Shown: positions 38,316 through 49,822, numbered from the stretch's first letter. The stretch: DNA of 64,000 bases from Alphaproteobacteria bacterium (GCA_031394145.1 JANMWT010000371.1:35314-99313); one strand, 5' to 3'. Numbers and translations are program-made. Notes: generated by a model from the sequence alone, not told the origin.

Positions 38316-41177
38316 ATGGCCGACACATCGCCCGCTCCCCACAGCCCGGCTCAGGGTCCAGCAATCCCCGGGCACGCGTCGGCGAAACCCGGTCCGTGGC
38401 GCGTCGCCGACATTGTCGACGGGCGCAAGCTCCGGGTTCAGCTCACCGCCGCCGCACTCGACAATGGCTCCGACCCGGTCGCCCAGCGCGCCCGTGCGCT
38501 CGACTTGATCCATGCCGCCCTGTTCCGCGGCCGGATGATCGCCCAGGACCGGCTTGAGGAGGGCGCCGATGGTCTCGACACGGCGCGGTTGCTTTCGGCT
38601 GTCATGGATGAAGCGCTGGCCGCGCTTTACGATTTCACCGTCGTCCACATATTCCGGGCTCACAATCCGACCGAGGCTGAGCGCATGGCGGTGATGGCGG
38701 TCGGCGGCTATGGCCGCGGCGTGCTGGCGCCCTCCTCGGACGTCGATCTCCTGTTCGTCCGCAACTACAAACAGACTGCCTGGGCCGAGAGCGTCATTGA
38801 GTACATGCTCTATGCGCTATGGGACATGGGCCTCAAGGTCGGCCATTCCTTCCGCACCATCGATGAGTGCGTCAAGCTCTCGAAGGAAGACGTCACCATC
38901 CGCACCGCCATCCTCGATCGCCGGCTGTTGTTCGGCGACAAAGGGCTGGCGGAGAAACTCTCCGAGCGTTTCCAGAAAGACGTGGTCGTCGGCAAGGGCG
39001 CGGAATTCGTCGCCGCCAAGCTGGCCGAACGCGACGCGCGCCACGAGCGCGAAGGCGGCTCGCGCTACCGGGTCGAGCCCAACGTCAAGGACGGCAAGGG
39101 CGGGCTGCGCGACCTGCAGACGCTGTATTGGCTCGCCAAGTACATCCACGGCGGCGACACCCTCGCGGAGGTGCTGGACAACTCGGCGTTCACGCCGGCC
39201 GACAAGGCCGTCTACATGCGCGAGGCGCGCTTCTTGTGGACCGTGCGCTTTCACCTCCACTTCCTCACCGGGCGGCCGGAGGAGCGCCTGTCGTTCGACC
39301 TGCAACCGGAAATGGCGGCGCGCATGGGCTATACGGCGCGCGGCAACGTTACCTCGGTCGAGCGCTTCATGAAACGCTACTTCCTCGCCGCCAAAGAGGT
39401 CGGCGCGCTGACGCGAATTCTGTGCGCCAAGCTCGAAGCCGAGGAAAAGAAACGCCCCGGCGGCCGCACGCCGTTCTTCCCTCAGCCCGCAGCCAAGCCG
39501 CTCAAGGAAGCCGGCTTTGCCCTTGACCAGGGCCGGCTCACGGTCACCGATACGTCGATGTTCGAGAAGGACCCGCGCAGCCTGCTGCGGCTGTTCGCGC
39601 TCGCGGTTGAACGCGATGTCGACATCCACCCCGAAGCGATGACGGCGGCGCGGCGCTCGCTTGGGGTGCTGACGCGCGAGATGCGCTACGACGCCCAGTC
39701 GCGCGCCATGTTCTTCGACGTCATCGCCGGAAAATTTCACCCCGGCCGCGTGCTCGGGCTGATGAATGAGGCCGGCGTGCTTGGCCGTTTCGTGCCGGAG
39801 TTCGGCCGCATCGTCGGCCAGACTCAGTTCAACATGTACCACCACTTCACCGTCGACGAGCACACGCTGAAGGCGGTTGAGACGATCCACGACATCGAGG
39901 CGGGCAAGTTCACGGACGCCCACCCACTTTCGACCGAGTTGTTTCCGAAAATCCAGAATCGGCGCGCGCTCTATCTCGCCATGCTGTTGCATGACACCGG
40001 CAAGGGGATTGGCGACCAGCAGGTCGAAGGTGCGAAAGTGGCGCGCAACGCCGCGATCCGTCTTGGCCTGCCGGAAGATGAAGCCGAACTCGTCTCCTGG
40101 CTGGTCGGCAACCATCTCGAAATGAGCGACACGGCGCAGCGGCGCGACATTTCCGATCCGCAGACCATTTCACGCTTCGCCGAGAAGGTCGGCAATCTCG
40201 AGCGGCTGCGCTTGCTATTGGTGCTCACCGTCGCCGACATCCGGGCCGTCGGGCCGGGCGTGTGGAATGGCTGGAAAGGTCAGCTTCTGCGCGATCTCTA
40301 CTATGCCACCGAAGCGGCGCTGCGCGGCGGCCGGACCGATGAAGCCAGCGTCCGTAGCCAGCTCGCCGACCGGGCGGCGGCGGCGCGGGCGGCGCTGCAG
40401 GCGCGCAGCGGCGATTGTCCGAGCCTGACCAGCGTTGAGGATGCATATTGGATCAGTTTCACCGACGAAGCGCATGCGCGCCACGCTGCAGCCCTCAAGG
40501 CCAGCGGCGCGCAGTCGATCATCATCTCCGCCAGCGCCGATCCGACGCGCTCGGCGACGGAAATCCTGATCTCGGCGCCGGATCGCGCCGGCCTGTTCGC
40601 CGACCTTTGCGGCGCACTCAGCGCTGCCGGCGCCAATGTCGCGGCGGCCCACCTCTATGAGAGCGGCGAAACGCGCGTCCTTGATGTGTTCGACGTTCAG
40701 GACGCCAAGGGAGCGCCGCTCGGCACCGACCATCCCCAGGCCCTGCAGCGTCTGGTCGACGATCTCCGAGCGGCCGCCGCCGGCGGAGAACAGGTCAAGA
40801 AGCCCTCGAAGCCCCAGGCGCCCAGCCGCCGCCACGCCGCCTTCATCATTGCGCCCACCGTCGAGATCGACCGCTCCGTCTCCGCCGGTCGCACGCTGAT
40901 CGAGGTTTCCGGCCGGGATCGTCCAGGTCTGCTTTACGACATCGCACGCGAGCTGGTGGGCGCCGGCCTGTCGATCCGTTCGGCGCATGTCGGCGCCTAT
41001 GGCGAGCGGGTGCACGACGTCTTCTACGTCACGCCGCTCGATGGCGGTGAGATGAAGGCCGATCTCGACGAGACGCTGTCGGCGCGCCTGGTCAGCGTGC
41101 TCCGGGTCAATGCTCCGACCGCCGTGCGCATTCCTGCGCACACGCTGGCGCGCGCGCCTTCTTCCAACGATCGCTGA
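38316..41177 (+). CDS. glnD: bifunctional [protein-PII] uridylyltransferase/uridylyl-removing enzyme
   Basis: NTase motif GGYGRGVLAPSSDVDLLF, HD domain HHFTVDEHT / LLHDTGKG, two C-terminal ACT domains. 953 aa. Confidence 0.96.
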   Translation: MADTSPAPHSPAQGPAIPGHASAKPGPWRVADIVDGRKLRVQLTAAALDNGSDPVAQRARALDLIHAALFRGRMIAQDRLEEGADGLDTARLLSAVMDEALAALYDFTVVHIFRAHNPTEAERMAVMAVGGYGRGVLAPSSDVDLLFVRNYKQTAWAESVIEYMLYALWDMGLKVGHSFRTIDECVKLSKEDVTIRTAILDRRLLFGDKGLAEKLSERFQKDVVVGKGAEFVAAKLAERDARHEREGGSRYRVEPNVKDGKGGLRDLQTLYWLAKYIHGGDTLAEVLDNSAFTPADKAVYMREARFLWTVRFHLHFLTGRPEERLSFDLQPEMAARMGYTARGNVTSVERFMKRYFLAAKEVGALTRILCAKLEAEEKKRPGGRTPFFPQPAAKPLKEAGFALDQGRLTVTDTSMFEKDPRSLLRLFALAVERDVDIHPEAMTAARRSLGVLTREMRYDAQSRAMFFDVIAGKFHPGRVLGLMNEAGVLGRFVPEFGRIVGQTQFNMYHHFTVDEHTLKAVETIHDIEAGKFTDAHPLSTELFPKIQNRRALYLAMLLHDTGKGIGDQQVEGAKVARNAAIRLGLPEDEAELVSWLVGNHLEMSDTAQRRDISDPQTISRFAEKVGNLERLRLLLVLTVADIRAVGPGVWNGWKGQLLRDLYYATEAALRGGRTDEASVRSQLADRAAAARAALQARSGDCPSLTSVEDAYWISFTDEAHARHAAALKASGAQSIIISASADPTRSATEILISAPDRAGLFADLCGALSAAGANVAAAHLYESGETRVLDVFDVQDAKGAPLGTDHPQALQRLVDDLRAAAAGGEQVKKPSKPQAPSRRHAAFIIAPTVEIDRSVSAGRTLIEVSGRDRPGLLYDIARELVGAGLSIRSAHVGAYGERVHDVFYVTPLDGGEMKADLDETLSARLVSVLRVNAPTAVRIPAHTLARAPSSNDR

Positions 41178-41189
41178 GACGGATAACCG

Positions 41190-42782
41190 ATGTCGCTCGC
41201 GCGCAATGTCTTTGTGCAAACCTTCTTCTCGCTCTCCAGCAAGGTGCTGGGGTTTGCCCGCGACCTTGCGCTCAACTACCGCTTCGGCGGGCAGGGCGCC
41301 TTCATGGACGCCTGGGCGACGGCCCAGATGATGCCGAATTTCTTCCGCCGCCTCTTTGCCGAGGGGGCCTTCGCGCAGGCTTTTGTCCCGGTCTATGGCA
41401 AGACGCGAACCGTGGAGGGGGATGCCGCCGCCGCCGAGATGGCGTCCCAGGTGCTCGCCTTCATGGTCGCCGTGGTCGCCGGCGTCTCGATCGTCATCGA
41501 GGTCGCGCTGCCCTGGCTGATGCCCTACCTGCTTTCGGCCTACATCAACCAACCCGACAAGCTGGCGACCGCGACGCTGATGGCGCAGCTCGCCATGCCG
41601 TACCTCATCTGCATGACGCTGGCCTCGCTGTTTTCTGGCGTCCTCAACACGCTGGGACGGTTCGCGCTGTCGGCCGGTGCGCCGATCCTGCTGAACATCT
41701 GCACGCTGATCCCGGTGGTGCTTATCCAGGACCAGCCGACAGCGGCGGTTGCGGCGGCGGCGGCGACCGCCCTGTCGGGCCTGCTCCAGGCCGGGCTGCT
41801 CGGCTGGGGGGTTCGGCGGATGGGGGTGAAGATCGAGCTCCGCCTGCCGCGGATCACCGCGATCGTTGCGCGCGTCGTGGCGCTGGCGATCCCCGGGGTG
41901 ATCGCTGGCGGCTCGATCCAGCTCAATACCCTGGTGAGCCAGATGCTGGCCGGTTCCAACGCCGGGGCGAGGGCGGTGCTCTACAACTCCGACCGGCTTT
42001 ACCAGTTGCCCTTGAGCCTGATCGGCGTCGCGGTTGGCCTGGCGCTGGTGCCGAGACTGTCGGTCCATTTCGCCAAGTCAGACCACAAGGCGGCAAGCGA
42101 GATCATGGATGACGGCGTCGGCCTGTCCATGGCCTTCACCTTGCCTGGCACCGTCGCCCTCCTGCTCATGCCATTCTTCATCATCGACGCCACCCAGACC
42201 CGCGGGCATTTCACGTCGGAAGATGCGCATCGCACCGCGGAGGTGTTGCGCCAGTTCGCCTGGGGCGTTCCAGCCTTCGTCCTCGCCAAGGTGTTCACCC
42301 CGCCCTTCTTCGCCCGACAGAACACCAAGCAGCCGATGCAGTACTCGATCGCCGCCGTCATCCTCAACACCGGCTTGGGCGCCACGCTGTGGTTTCTGTT
42401 GCCGGTTGCCGGGGTCGACGGCACGATCGGCCTCGGGATCGCAACCAGCGTCGGCGGTTGGCTTAACGTCGCGCTCCTCTCGGGCACGCTGGCGCGCGAG
42501 GGCGTCTACAAGATCAGCGCCAGGGCTTGGGGGCGGCTCTCCCGGCTGTTGCTCGCCTCGCTCGTCATGGGGATCTTCGTCGCCGCCTGCGAATGGCAGT
42601 ATCCGCTGCTGTCGCACCTGTTCTGGCGCAAGGAGGTTGCGGTGCTGGTCGTCGTCCTCGCCGGTTTCGCGCTCTATGCCATTGCTGCACTGGCGCTACG
42701 CGCCGTCACGGTCTCGGAGATCAAGGGCGCCTTCCGCCGCGAACGCGGCGCGCCGAGCGTCGCGTCTACGCCTGAAATCTGA
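41190..42782 (+). CDS. murJ: lipid II flippase MurJ (MviN)
   Basis: FARDLALNYRFG and 14 TM. glnD-murJ-trpS synteny. Confidence 0.93.
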   Translation: MSLARNVFVQTFFSLSSKVLGFARDLALNYRFGGQGAFMDAWATAQMMPNFFRRLFAEGAFAQAFVPVYGKTRTVEGDAAAAEMASQVLAFMVAVVAGVSIVIEVALPWLMPYLLSAYINQPDKLATATLMAQLAMPYLICMTLASLFSGVLNTLGRFALSAGAPILLNICTLIPVVLIQDQPTAAVAAAAATALSGLLQAGLLGWGVRRMGVKIELRLPRITAIVARVVALAIPGVIAGGSIQLNTLVSQMLAGSNAGARAVLYNSDRLYQLPLSLIGVAVGLALVPRLSVHFAKSDHKAASEIMDDGVGLSMAFTLPGTVALLLMPFFIIDATQTRGHFTSEDAHRTAEVLRQFAWGVPAFVLAKVFTPPFFARQNTKQPMQYSIAAVILNTGLGATLWFLLPVAGVDGTIGLGIATSVGGWLNVALLSGTLAREGVYKISARAWGRLSRLLLASLVMGIFVAACEWQYPLLSHLFWRKEVAVLVVVLAGFALYAIAALALRAVTVSEIKGAFRRERGAPSVASTPEI

Positions 42783-42932
42783 GCCGAATTTCGGCCTTGG
42801 CTGATCTCGATCTCGTGTCCGGCAGAGCGCCGGGGGGCCAAGTTCTGCTTTTCCAACGCGAAAAAACCCGTGCTAGGCTTAGCCGCCCCGTCCGGTTCGC
42901 GATGGGAGCAGTCAGAACAGGGTGGATCCGAC

Positions 42933-43817
42933 ATGTGCGACGAACATACCGAAGAGGATAACAAGGAATATTTCCTCAAGACCGGCGTTGGCGAACTCTC
43001 GCGTCGCGGTTTTGCGATGATGTCGGCCGCGGCGATGGCCGCCTGCGCCACGCCCGCCGCCGATGCCAAGACCGTCGCCGAGCAGGACGTGGTGATCAAG
43101 ACGCCCGATGGCGATTGCGACGCGCACTTCGCCGCCCCGACCTCGGGCAAGCATGCCGCCGTCCTGGTCTGGCCCGACATCATGGGCCTGCGTCCCGCGT
43201 TCAAGGTGATGGGCAAGCGGCTGGCTGAATCTGGTTATGCCGTCCTCACCATCAACCCGTTCTACCGCAAGCAGAAGGGTGTGGTGTTTGACGCTGCGAC
43301 GGAGAAATTCTCCGATGCGCCGGTGCGGGCCCGCCTGATTCCGCTGATGCAGTCGCTGACCGCCGACACCAACAAGGTCGACGCCATCGCCTTCACTGGA
43401 TGGCTCGACAAGCAGAAGCAGGTCGACACCAAGAAGAAAATTGGCACCACCGGCTATTGCATGGGCGGCCCCCTGGTCTTCCGCACCGCCGCCTATGTGC
43501 CGAACCGGATCGGCGCGGCCGGGACCTTCCATGGCGGCGGCATTGGCACCAAGGACCCCACCAGTCCGCACCTTCTGATCCCGCAGATGAAGGCAAGCTT
43601 CCTCTGCTGTATCGCCGACAATGACGACAAGACCGACCCGGAATCAAAGAACCGCCTGCGCGCGGCGTTCGATGCGGCCAAACTGTCAGCCGAGATCGAG
43701 GTCTATACCGGCGACCAGCATGGCTGGTGCCCGCCCGACAGCCAGGTCTACGAGAAGGTCGGCGCCGAAAAGGCCTGGGCCCGCCAGCTCGCCCTGTTCC
43801 AGAAAGCGCTTGCCTGA
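42933..43817 (+). CDS. dienelactone hydrolase family protein with Tat signal
   Basis: Start at MCDEH (ATG 42933). [15 protein letters not shown] is a Tat signal. Nucleophile elbow GYCMGG (Cys nucleophile). C-terminal HGW. Confidence 0.82.
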   Translation: MCDEHTEEDNKEYFLKTGVGELSRRGFAMMSAAAMAACATPAADAKTVAEQDVVIKTPDGDCDAHFAAPTSGKHAAVLVWPDIMGLRPAFKVMGKRLAESGYAVLTINPFYRKQKGVVFDAATEKFSDAPVRARLIPLMQSLTADTNKVDAIAFTGWLDKQKQVDTKKKIGTTGYCMGGPLVFRTAAYVPNRIGAAGTFHGGGIGTKDPTSPHLLIPQMKASFLCCIADNDDKTDPESKNRLRAAFDAAKLSAEIEVYTGDQHGWCPPDSQVYEKVGAEKAWARQLALFQKALA

Positions 43818-43843
43818 TCCTCACAGGCTGATTGGACCAAGGC

Positions 43844-43880
43844 AGGGAGCGGCGTCTCAGGCGCCGCTCCCTTTGTCTGT
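43844..43880 (+). terminator. rho-independent terminator
   Basis: 11-bp perfect stem agggagcggcg / cgccgctccct with a 7-nt loop, followed by ttgtctgtg. Confidence 0.7.
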
Positions 43881-43882
43881 GC

Positions 43883-43930
43883 GGGGCGCTTGTGGTCCGG
43901 GGCGCTTGTGGTCCGGAGCGCTGGGCGCTC
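43883..43930. repeat. tandem repeat 2 x 16 bp (ggggcgcttgtggtcc) plus a degenerate third unit
   Basis: Units at 43883 and 43899 are identical. 43915-43930 is degenerate. Confidence 0.85.
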
Positions 43931-44001
43931 GCCAGCCTTGCCCGGCGGGGGCAGGGACTGGTAAGGGCGCGCTCGCGCCTGTTGTCGCGCCGGAGCCTAG
44001 G

Positions 44002-45036
<1,035 letters not shown>

Positions 45037-45103
45037 AGCGCGCGCAATTCGCGCATGGGCCGCTGCCTCCGAAGGCTCTAACCTTGGGCCGCCGGACGGG
45101 TGA

Positions 45104-45139
45104 ATCGGACCGCTGTATCGGACCGCTGTATCGGACCGG
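45104..45139. repeat. tandem repeat about 2.8 x 13 bp (atcggaccgctgt)
   Basis: Units at 45104 and 45117, partial at 45130. Confidence 0.9.
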
Positions 45140-45164
45140 CGAAGATACCTGGGGAGATGGGTTG

Positions 45165-45620
45165 ATGCGTCGAATCGCAAGTGTCGCCTTCGCCTGGGCT
45201 GCGACGACGACTTTGATCCTGGCGAGCCCGTTGGCCGGCTGCGAACGAGCGGCTGGTTTCACCATCGCGGACGCGCAGTTCCAACCGCCCTTCGGCGGCA
45301 GCGGGGTGGGCGTCGGCTATTTCGCGATTCGCTCGAATAAGACCGACCGCATCGTCAAAGTCTCCTCGACAGCGGCCAAAACTGTGGAAATCCACGAAAT
45401 GACGATGGCCGGCCCGGTGATGTCGATGCCGCGCCGCGAAAGCGTTGACCTGCCAGCCGGAAAAACCATAGAATTCAAGCCTGGAGGCCTCCATCTCATG
45501 GTGTTCTCACCCGCTGAAACAGCCCCCGGCGCCACAATTCCGATCACAATTGAGCTTCAATCCGGGCTCAAACAGACGGTCGAATTCAGGGCCCCGAAGA
45601 TCGGGAACCAACCCAATTAA
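45165..45620 (+). CDS. PCu(A)C periplasmic copper chaperone (DUF461)
   Basis: Lipobox PLAGC. H(M)x10Mx21HxM-type pattern: VEIHEMTMAGPVMSM...GGLHLMV. Confidence 0.85.
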   Translation: MRRIASVAFAWAATTTLILASPLAGCERAAGFTIADAQFQPPFGGSGVGVGYFAIRSNKTDRIVKVSSTAAKTVEIHEMTMAGPVMSMPRRESVDLPAGKTIEFKPGGLHLMVFSPAETAPGATIPITIELQSGLKQTVEFRAPKIGNQPN

Positions 45621-45701
45621 CCAAGCGTAAGGGAAAATTGGGTTGAGGTTAACGCCGAGCGTCACCACACTCCTAATCGACCCATTAGCTGGGGCTGGGC
45701 C

Positions 45702-46775
45702 ATGTCAGTGTTGCAACTCCGCCGCGACATGGTCGTGGCTGACCCGCCCGCGCCCGATAATTCGGTGCTGGTCACCATCGATGCGCCATTTCCGCTGCGC
45801 ACCATCAATGTAACGCCCGACGCGGTCGAGGAAATCGACTTTCTCGAAGAGCATCCGCGCAAATCCTTCGGGGCGCGGGTGCGCGGCTGGCTGAGGCTGA
45901 TCGCGGCCCTGACCGTGCTCGGCGCCTATCCGGCCCTGGTCGTGATGGCGAGCGGGGTTGGCGACCACAAGCTGGCGGGCCTGGTTGATCGCGCGCAATG
46001 GACGGCGCCCTGGGCCGGCGGCGCAGCCGCGCTGATGGAGCGTCATTATGCGCATTTGGGCTGGGCCTCCGACGCCGCCAACTGGACGCCGATGGCGCGG
46101 CTGTCGGCCAAGCCGGCGCTGCAGCAAGCGCTCGCCGAATCGCTTGGCGAGTACATCAACATGATGTCGCAGGACGCGACCGCCGCCGGCCGCCCCGACG
46201 CCGATCTTTCCGCCGCCGCACGGCTCGTCAACCTCAACTCAACCGGCATCCAGATGCATGCCACCCGCGATGCGCTGGTCAATTTCGATCGTCGCGAGCG
46301 GCGTCGCGGCGCCATCGATGATTCGACCCCGACGAAACTCGCCGCCCAGCTTCAACTGGTCGACACGTGGGGCGCAGGCAGCCAGGCCGACATCGCCCGC
46401 GTCTCGTCGATGACCGGCGCCAGCCTGCTCGATCGCAGCGCCACCCAGGCGGTCTACGCGGCCAAGGGCAGGGCGCAAGCCGCTTACGTCTTCATCGAGA
46501 CGATGCATTGGCCGGAGGATGCAAAATCGGTCGCCGCCCGCAATGCAGCGCTCGGCGCCTGGAGGGCGGCTGCGGAATTCCATCCGCTGGTCGTGCTCAA
46601 CGGTTCGCCGGATGGATCGCTGCTCGGCAATCACGCGGCCTCGATGGGCTTCCTGATTGCGCAGGCGCGCAAGGCGACGGCCGATTATCTCGCCGCGATC
46701 CAGGCGGCGCCCGCCACCCCGCCGGCAGCGCCGGTCGCCATCGCCAACGCGGCGGCGCCCTCGACCATCCGCTGA
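45702..46775 (+). CDS. hypothetical single-pass membrane protein (possibly DUF2333-like; tentative)
   Basis: Coherent GC3 frame with one TM (LRLIAALTVLGAYPALVVMA). The C-terminal VVLNGSPDGSLLGNHAASMGFLIAQARKA resembles my recollection of DUF2333 C-termini. Not verified. Confidence 0.5.
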   Translation: MSVLQLRRDMVVADPPAPDNSVLVTIDAPFPLRTINVTPDAVEEIDFLEEHPRKSFGARVRGWLRLIAALTVLGAYPALVVMASGVGDHKLAGLVDRAQWTAPWAGGAAALMERHYAHLGWASDAANWTPMARLSAKPALQQALAESLGEYINMMSQDATAAGRPDADLSAAARLVNLNSTGIQMHATRDALVNFDRRERRRGAIDDSTPTKLAAQLQLVDTWGAGSQADIARVSSMTGASLLDRSATQAVYAAKGRAQAAYVFIETMHWPEDAKSVAARNAALGAWRAAAEFHPLVVLNGSPDGSLLGNHAASMGFLIAQARKATADYLAAIQAAPATPPAAPVAIANAAAPSTIR

Positions 46776-46844
46776 CCCTGCCACCGAGCCGCCGAATCGG
46801 GTTTGCGCCTTGACCCCCGCGATCGGCGGAGGCCTGATATCGGC

Positions 46845-47330
46845 ATGACCGATTTTTCACGAAAATTTCTGGCGATGTCCGACGAGACCGAGGAATGCCG
46901 GGTTGCGCTGATCTATGCCGGCCGCCGCGCCAAGGCGGTTCGCGCCGGGCTGGTCATGCTGCGCTGCGCCCGCGCCCCGGGCGTCGGCGGCTGGATCGGT
47001 CTCGACAAGGACATCAACCAGGACGCGATCGATGCCGCGCGGCTTATCGCCGCCGAGCACGCGCGGATGATCGAGGAGCGCACCGGCACGGTCCCGGAAA
47101 TCGTCGTCAGCGATGAAGAGCCGCTGGACGCCATTCGCAAAGTGGTCGAGCAGGACCCAACCATCCGGCAGCTGGTGCTGGCGACCGGTTCGGGCCGTTT
47201 CGGGCCAGGGCCGCTGGTCTCCCGCCTCGGCAAGGGTCGGACGCTGGCCGAGCGTCCACTGGCGGTAACCGTCGTGCCGGGCGATCTCAGCGACAGCCAG
47301 ATCGATGAAATGGGCGGAATGCCGGGTTGA
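46845..47330 (+). CDS. universal-stress-protein-like (USP fold) protein
   Basis: About 160 aa. The pattern LVLATGSG...L...PLAVTVVPG resembles a USP/adenine-nucleotide alpha-hydrolase fold. Weak. Confidence 0.5.
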   Translation: MTDFSRKFLAMSDETEECRVALIYAGRRAKAVRAGLVMLRCARAPGVGGWIGLDKDINQDAIDAARLIAAEHARMIEERTGTVPEIVVSDEEPLDAIRKVVEQDPTIRQLVLATGSGRFGPGPLVSRLGKGRTLAERPLAVTVVPGDLSDSQIDEMGGMPG

Positions 47331-47349
47331 TCGCCTTCGCGCCCGCCGC

Positions 47350-47377
47350 CTGCCGCATTGCGTCTGCCGCATTGCGC
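47350..47377. repeat. tandem repeat 2 x 14 bp (ctgccgcattgcg[t/c])
   Basis: Units at 47350 and 47364, starting 19 nt after the stop at 47328-47330. Confidence 0.85.
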
Positions 47378-47455
47378 CGACCCAGCGGCGGTCCCATGTT
47401 GAGCAAGCCTGAATCCATCTCGCTCCCGCACGACTGAACGCTCGAAAGACCGGCC

Positions 47456-48037
47456 ATGTTCATCCAGACGCAGTCGACGCCCAACCCCGAAACCTTGAAA
47501 TTCCTGCCGGGAAGGGATGTTTCGCCCGGCGCGCCCTATGAGTTCACCACGCTCCAGGAAGCGGCCGCCTCGCCGCTGGCCGGAGCGCTCTTCGCCATCC
47601 GCGGCGTACGCGGCGTCTTTCTCGGCGATGATTTCGTCTCGATCACCAAGGACGTTGAGGCCGACTGGGCGCCACTGAAGCCGCAGGCGCTGGCGGCGAT
47701 CATGGATCATTTCGTCGGCGGCGGACCCGTGATGCTGGGCGCCGGGCCGGCCGCGCACGAGGCAGCGGCGGAGGATGACGTAATCTATGAAGGCGAGACC
47801 GCAGAGATTGTCGCCGAGATCAAGGAACTGATCGCCACGCGCGTCCGCCCGGCGGTGGCCCAGGACGGCGGCGACATCGTCTTCAAGCGCTTTGATGTCG
47901 AGACCGGGGTTGTCCATCTCACCATGCACGGCGCCTGCTCGGGCTGCCCGTCCTCGACGGCGACGCTGAAGCAGGGCGTCGAAAACCTGCTCCGGCACTA
48001 TGTGCCCGAAGTGACCGCGGTCGAAGCGGCGGCCTGA
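47456..48037 (+). CDS. NifU-like Fe-S cluster scaffold/carrier (Nfu_N + NifU C-terminal domain)
   Basis: MFIQTQSTPNPETLKFLPG and the CxxC motif in GACSGCPSSTATLK. Confidence 0.9.
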   Translation: MFIQTQSTPNPETLKFLPGRDVSPGAPYEFTTLQEAAASPLAGALFAIRGVRGVFLGDDFVSITKDVEADWAPLKPQALAAIMDHFVGGGPVMLGAGPAAHEAAAEDDVIYEGETAEIVAEIKELIATRVRPAVAQDGGDIVFKRFDVETGVVHLTMHGACSGCPSSTATLKQGVENLLRHYVPEVTAVEAAA

Positions 48038-48053
48038 TCGATCAGGGGAGGGG

Positions 48054-48659
48054 ATGATGGCCAAGCCGCTGCCGGATGCAGCCCTCGATCAACTCTGGCG
48101 CAGCGCGCGCACGCGCCGCTCATGGACCGACGAGGAGGTGCCGGAAGTCCTGATCCGGGCGGTCTATGACCTGCAGAAATGGGCGCCGACCAGCGGCAAT
48201 ATCTGCCCCGGCCGTTTCCTGTTCGTGCACTCCCAGGCGGCAAAACTGCGCCTCGACCCCCTGATGGCCGCGGGCAATCGCGAGCAGACGATGAAGGCAC
48301 CGTGGACCTGCATCGTCGCTTATGATCTCGATTTCCCGAAATTCGTTCCCAGGCTTGCCCCCTTCATCAAGGATGTCGCCAAGGCCTTCGCCGACGCCAA
48401 GGAAACCGAGTGGCTGGCGATCCAGAACGGTTCGCTCGGCGGCGCCTATCTGATCATGGCGGCGCGCGCGCTCGGCCTCGATGCCGGCCCAATGAACGGC
48501 TTTGATCGCGACGGCATCAACCGGGAATTCTTCCTCGGCGATCCCAAGATGAAGGGCTGGCGGGTCAATTTTGTCTGCAATCTGGGTCATGGCGGCGACG
48601 CCCGGCTCTTCCCCCGCGGCGAGCGTCTGGATTTCGATGACGCGGCTGGAATTATCTGA
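48054..48659 (+). CDS. nitroreductase-family protein (RutE/YdjA-like malonic semialdehyde reductase type)
   Basis: RRSWTDEEV, TSGNICPGRFLFV, DAGPMNGFD. About 200 aa. Confidence 0.8.
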   Translation: MMAKPLPDAALDQLWRSARTRRSWTDEEVPEVLIRAVYDLQKWAPTSGNICPGRFLFVHSQAAKLRLDPLMAAGNREQTMKAPWTCIVAYDLDFPKFVPRLAPFIKDVAKAFADAKETEWLAIQNGSLGGAYLIMAARALGLDAGPMNGFDRDGINREFFLGDPKMKGWRVNFVCNLGHGGDARLFPRGERLDFDDAAGII

Positions 48660-48698
48660 GGTTCGCCTGAGTTTTGACGCCGCCACCCCGAACCGCGT

Positions 48699-49352
48699 AT
48701 GAGGCGCGCCATGCTGGTGCTCGGGATCAATACTGTATCGGATGTCTGCGAAGCGGCGCTGGCGCAGGGCTCGGGCCTGGCGCTCGAGCGCTCGGAGGTG
48801 ATGGGCAAGGGCCATGATGCGCGCCTCGCCCCGCTGGTCGAGGAGCTGATGCGCGAGGCCGGCGTCGGTTTCGCCCGTCTGGATCGCATCGCCGTCATCG
48901 TTGGGCCGGGCTCCTTCACCGGGGTTCGCGTCGGCGTCGCTTTTGCGCGCGGCCTGGCGTTGGCGCTGGATAAGCCGGCGGTGGGCGTCACCTCGCTCGA
49001 GGCGCTGGCGTTCGGATCGCACGAACGGGTGCTGGCGGCGCTGCCGGCGAAACGCCGGCCGCCCGAACTCACCTGGTGGGCGCAGATGATTGAGGCGGGC
49101 CGTGGCGCCAGCGAACCGGTCGAGGCGGACGAGGCCGGATTGCGCGCGATGACGCCTGGCGCGAGCGCGATCTGGGGCTGGGGACTGGGAGAAGCAGCGC
49201 TCGGACAAGCGATCCGCGAGGCCCAGCCGACCGCCGGCGCAGCGGCGCGGTTCGCGGCAGGCCTTGGCGATGGCGACCTGCCGCCGCCGCAGCCGATCTA
49301 TGTTCGCGAACCCGACGCAAAACCGCAGATCCGGCAAGCGGATCGATCATGA
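48699..49352 (+). CDS. tsaB: tRNA t6A37 biosynthesis protein TsaB
   Basis: LGINT... and IAVIVGPGSFTGVRVGVAFARGLA. Confidence 0.85.
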   Translation: MRRAMLVLGINTVSDVCEAALAQGSGLALERSEVMGKGHDARLAPLVEELMREAGVGFARLDRIAVIVGPGSFTGVRVGVAFARGLALALDKPAVGVTSLEALAFGSHERVLAALPAKRRPPELTWWAQMIEAGRGASEPVEADEAGLRAMTPGASAIWGWGLGEAALGQAIREAQPTAGAAARFAAGLGDGDLPPPQPIYVREPDAKPQIRQADRS

Positions 49353-49822
49353 ATTGGCGGGTGCGGGCCGCGCGTCCAGACGACGCCGACGCGATGGCGG
49401 CGATCCACGCAAGCGTCGCCGCGCCGGGCTGGAGTGCGCAGGACTTCGCCAGCTGGCTGGCGCGACCAGACGCCTTCGCGGTTGTGGCCGATAGCGCAGG
49501 CGGCGCGGCGTCCTTCGCCCTGGCCCTCGCAGCAGGAGAGGATGCCGACATCCTGATGATCGCGACCGCCTGGCAGATGCATCGCTGCGGCGCCGGCCGG
49601 GCGACGCTGCGGGCGCTGGCGGGCGAGGCGGCGCGGCGCGACGTCGGGCGCCTGGTGCTGGAAGTCGCGCGCAACAACCATCCGGCGCGGGCGCTTTACG
49701 CGGCCGAAGGATTCGTGGAAATCGGCGTGCGGACGGGCTATTATCGGCAAGCGGACGGGCTGGTTGACGCCCTCGTGCTGGCGTGGCCGGTTTCGCCTGA
49801 TGGTGGACACGGGCTGGCTTGA
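49349..49822 (+). CDS. rimI: ribosomal-protein-alanine N-acetyltransferase (GNAT)
   Basis: GNAT core (RCGAGRATLRAL..., NHPARALYAAEGF). Overlaps the tsaB stop. tsaB-rimI synteny. Confidence 0.8.
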   Translation: MNWRVRAARPDDADAMAAIHASVAAPGWSAQDFASWLARPDAFAVVADSAGGAASFALALAAGEDADILMIATAWQMHRCGAGRATLRALAGEAARRDVGRLVLEVARNNHPARALYAAEGFVEIGVRTGYYRQADGLVDALVLAWPVSPDGGHGLA

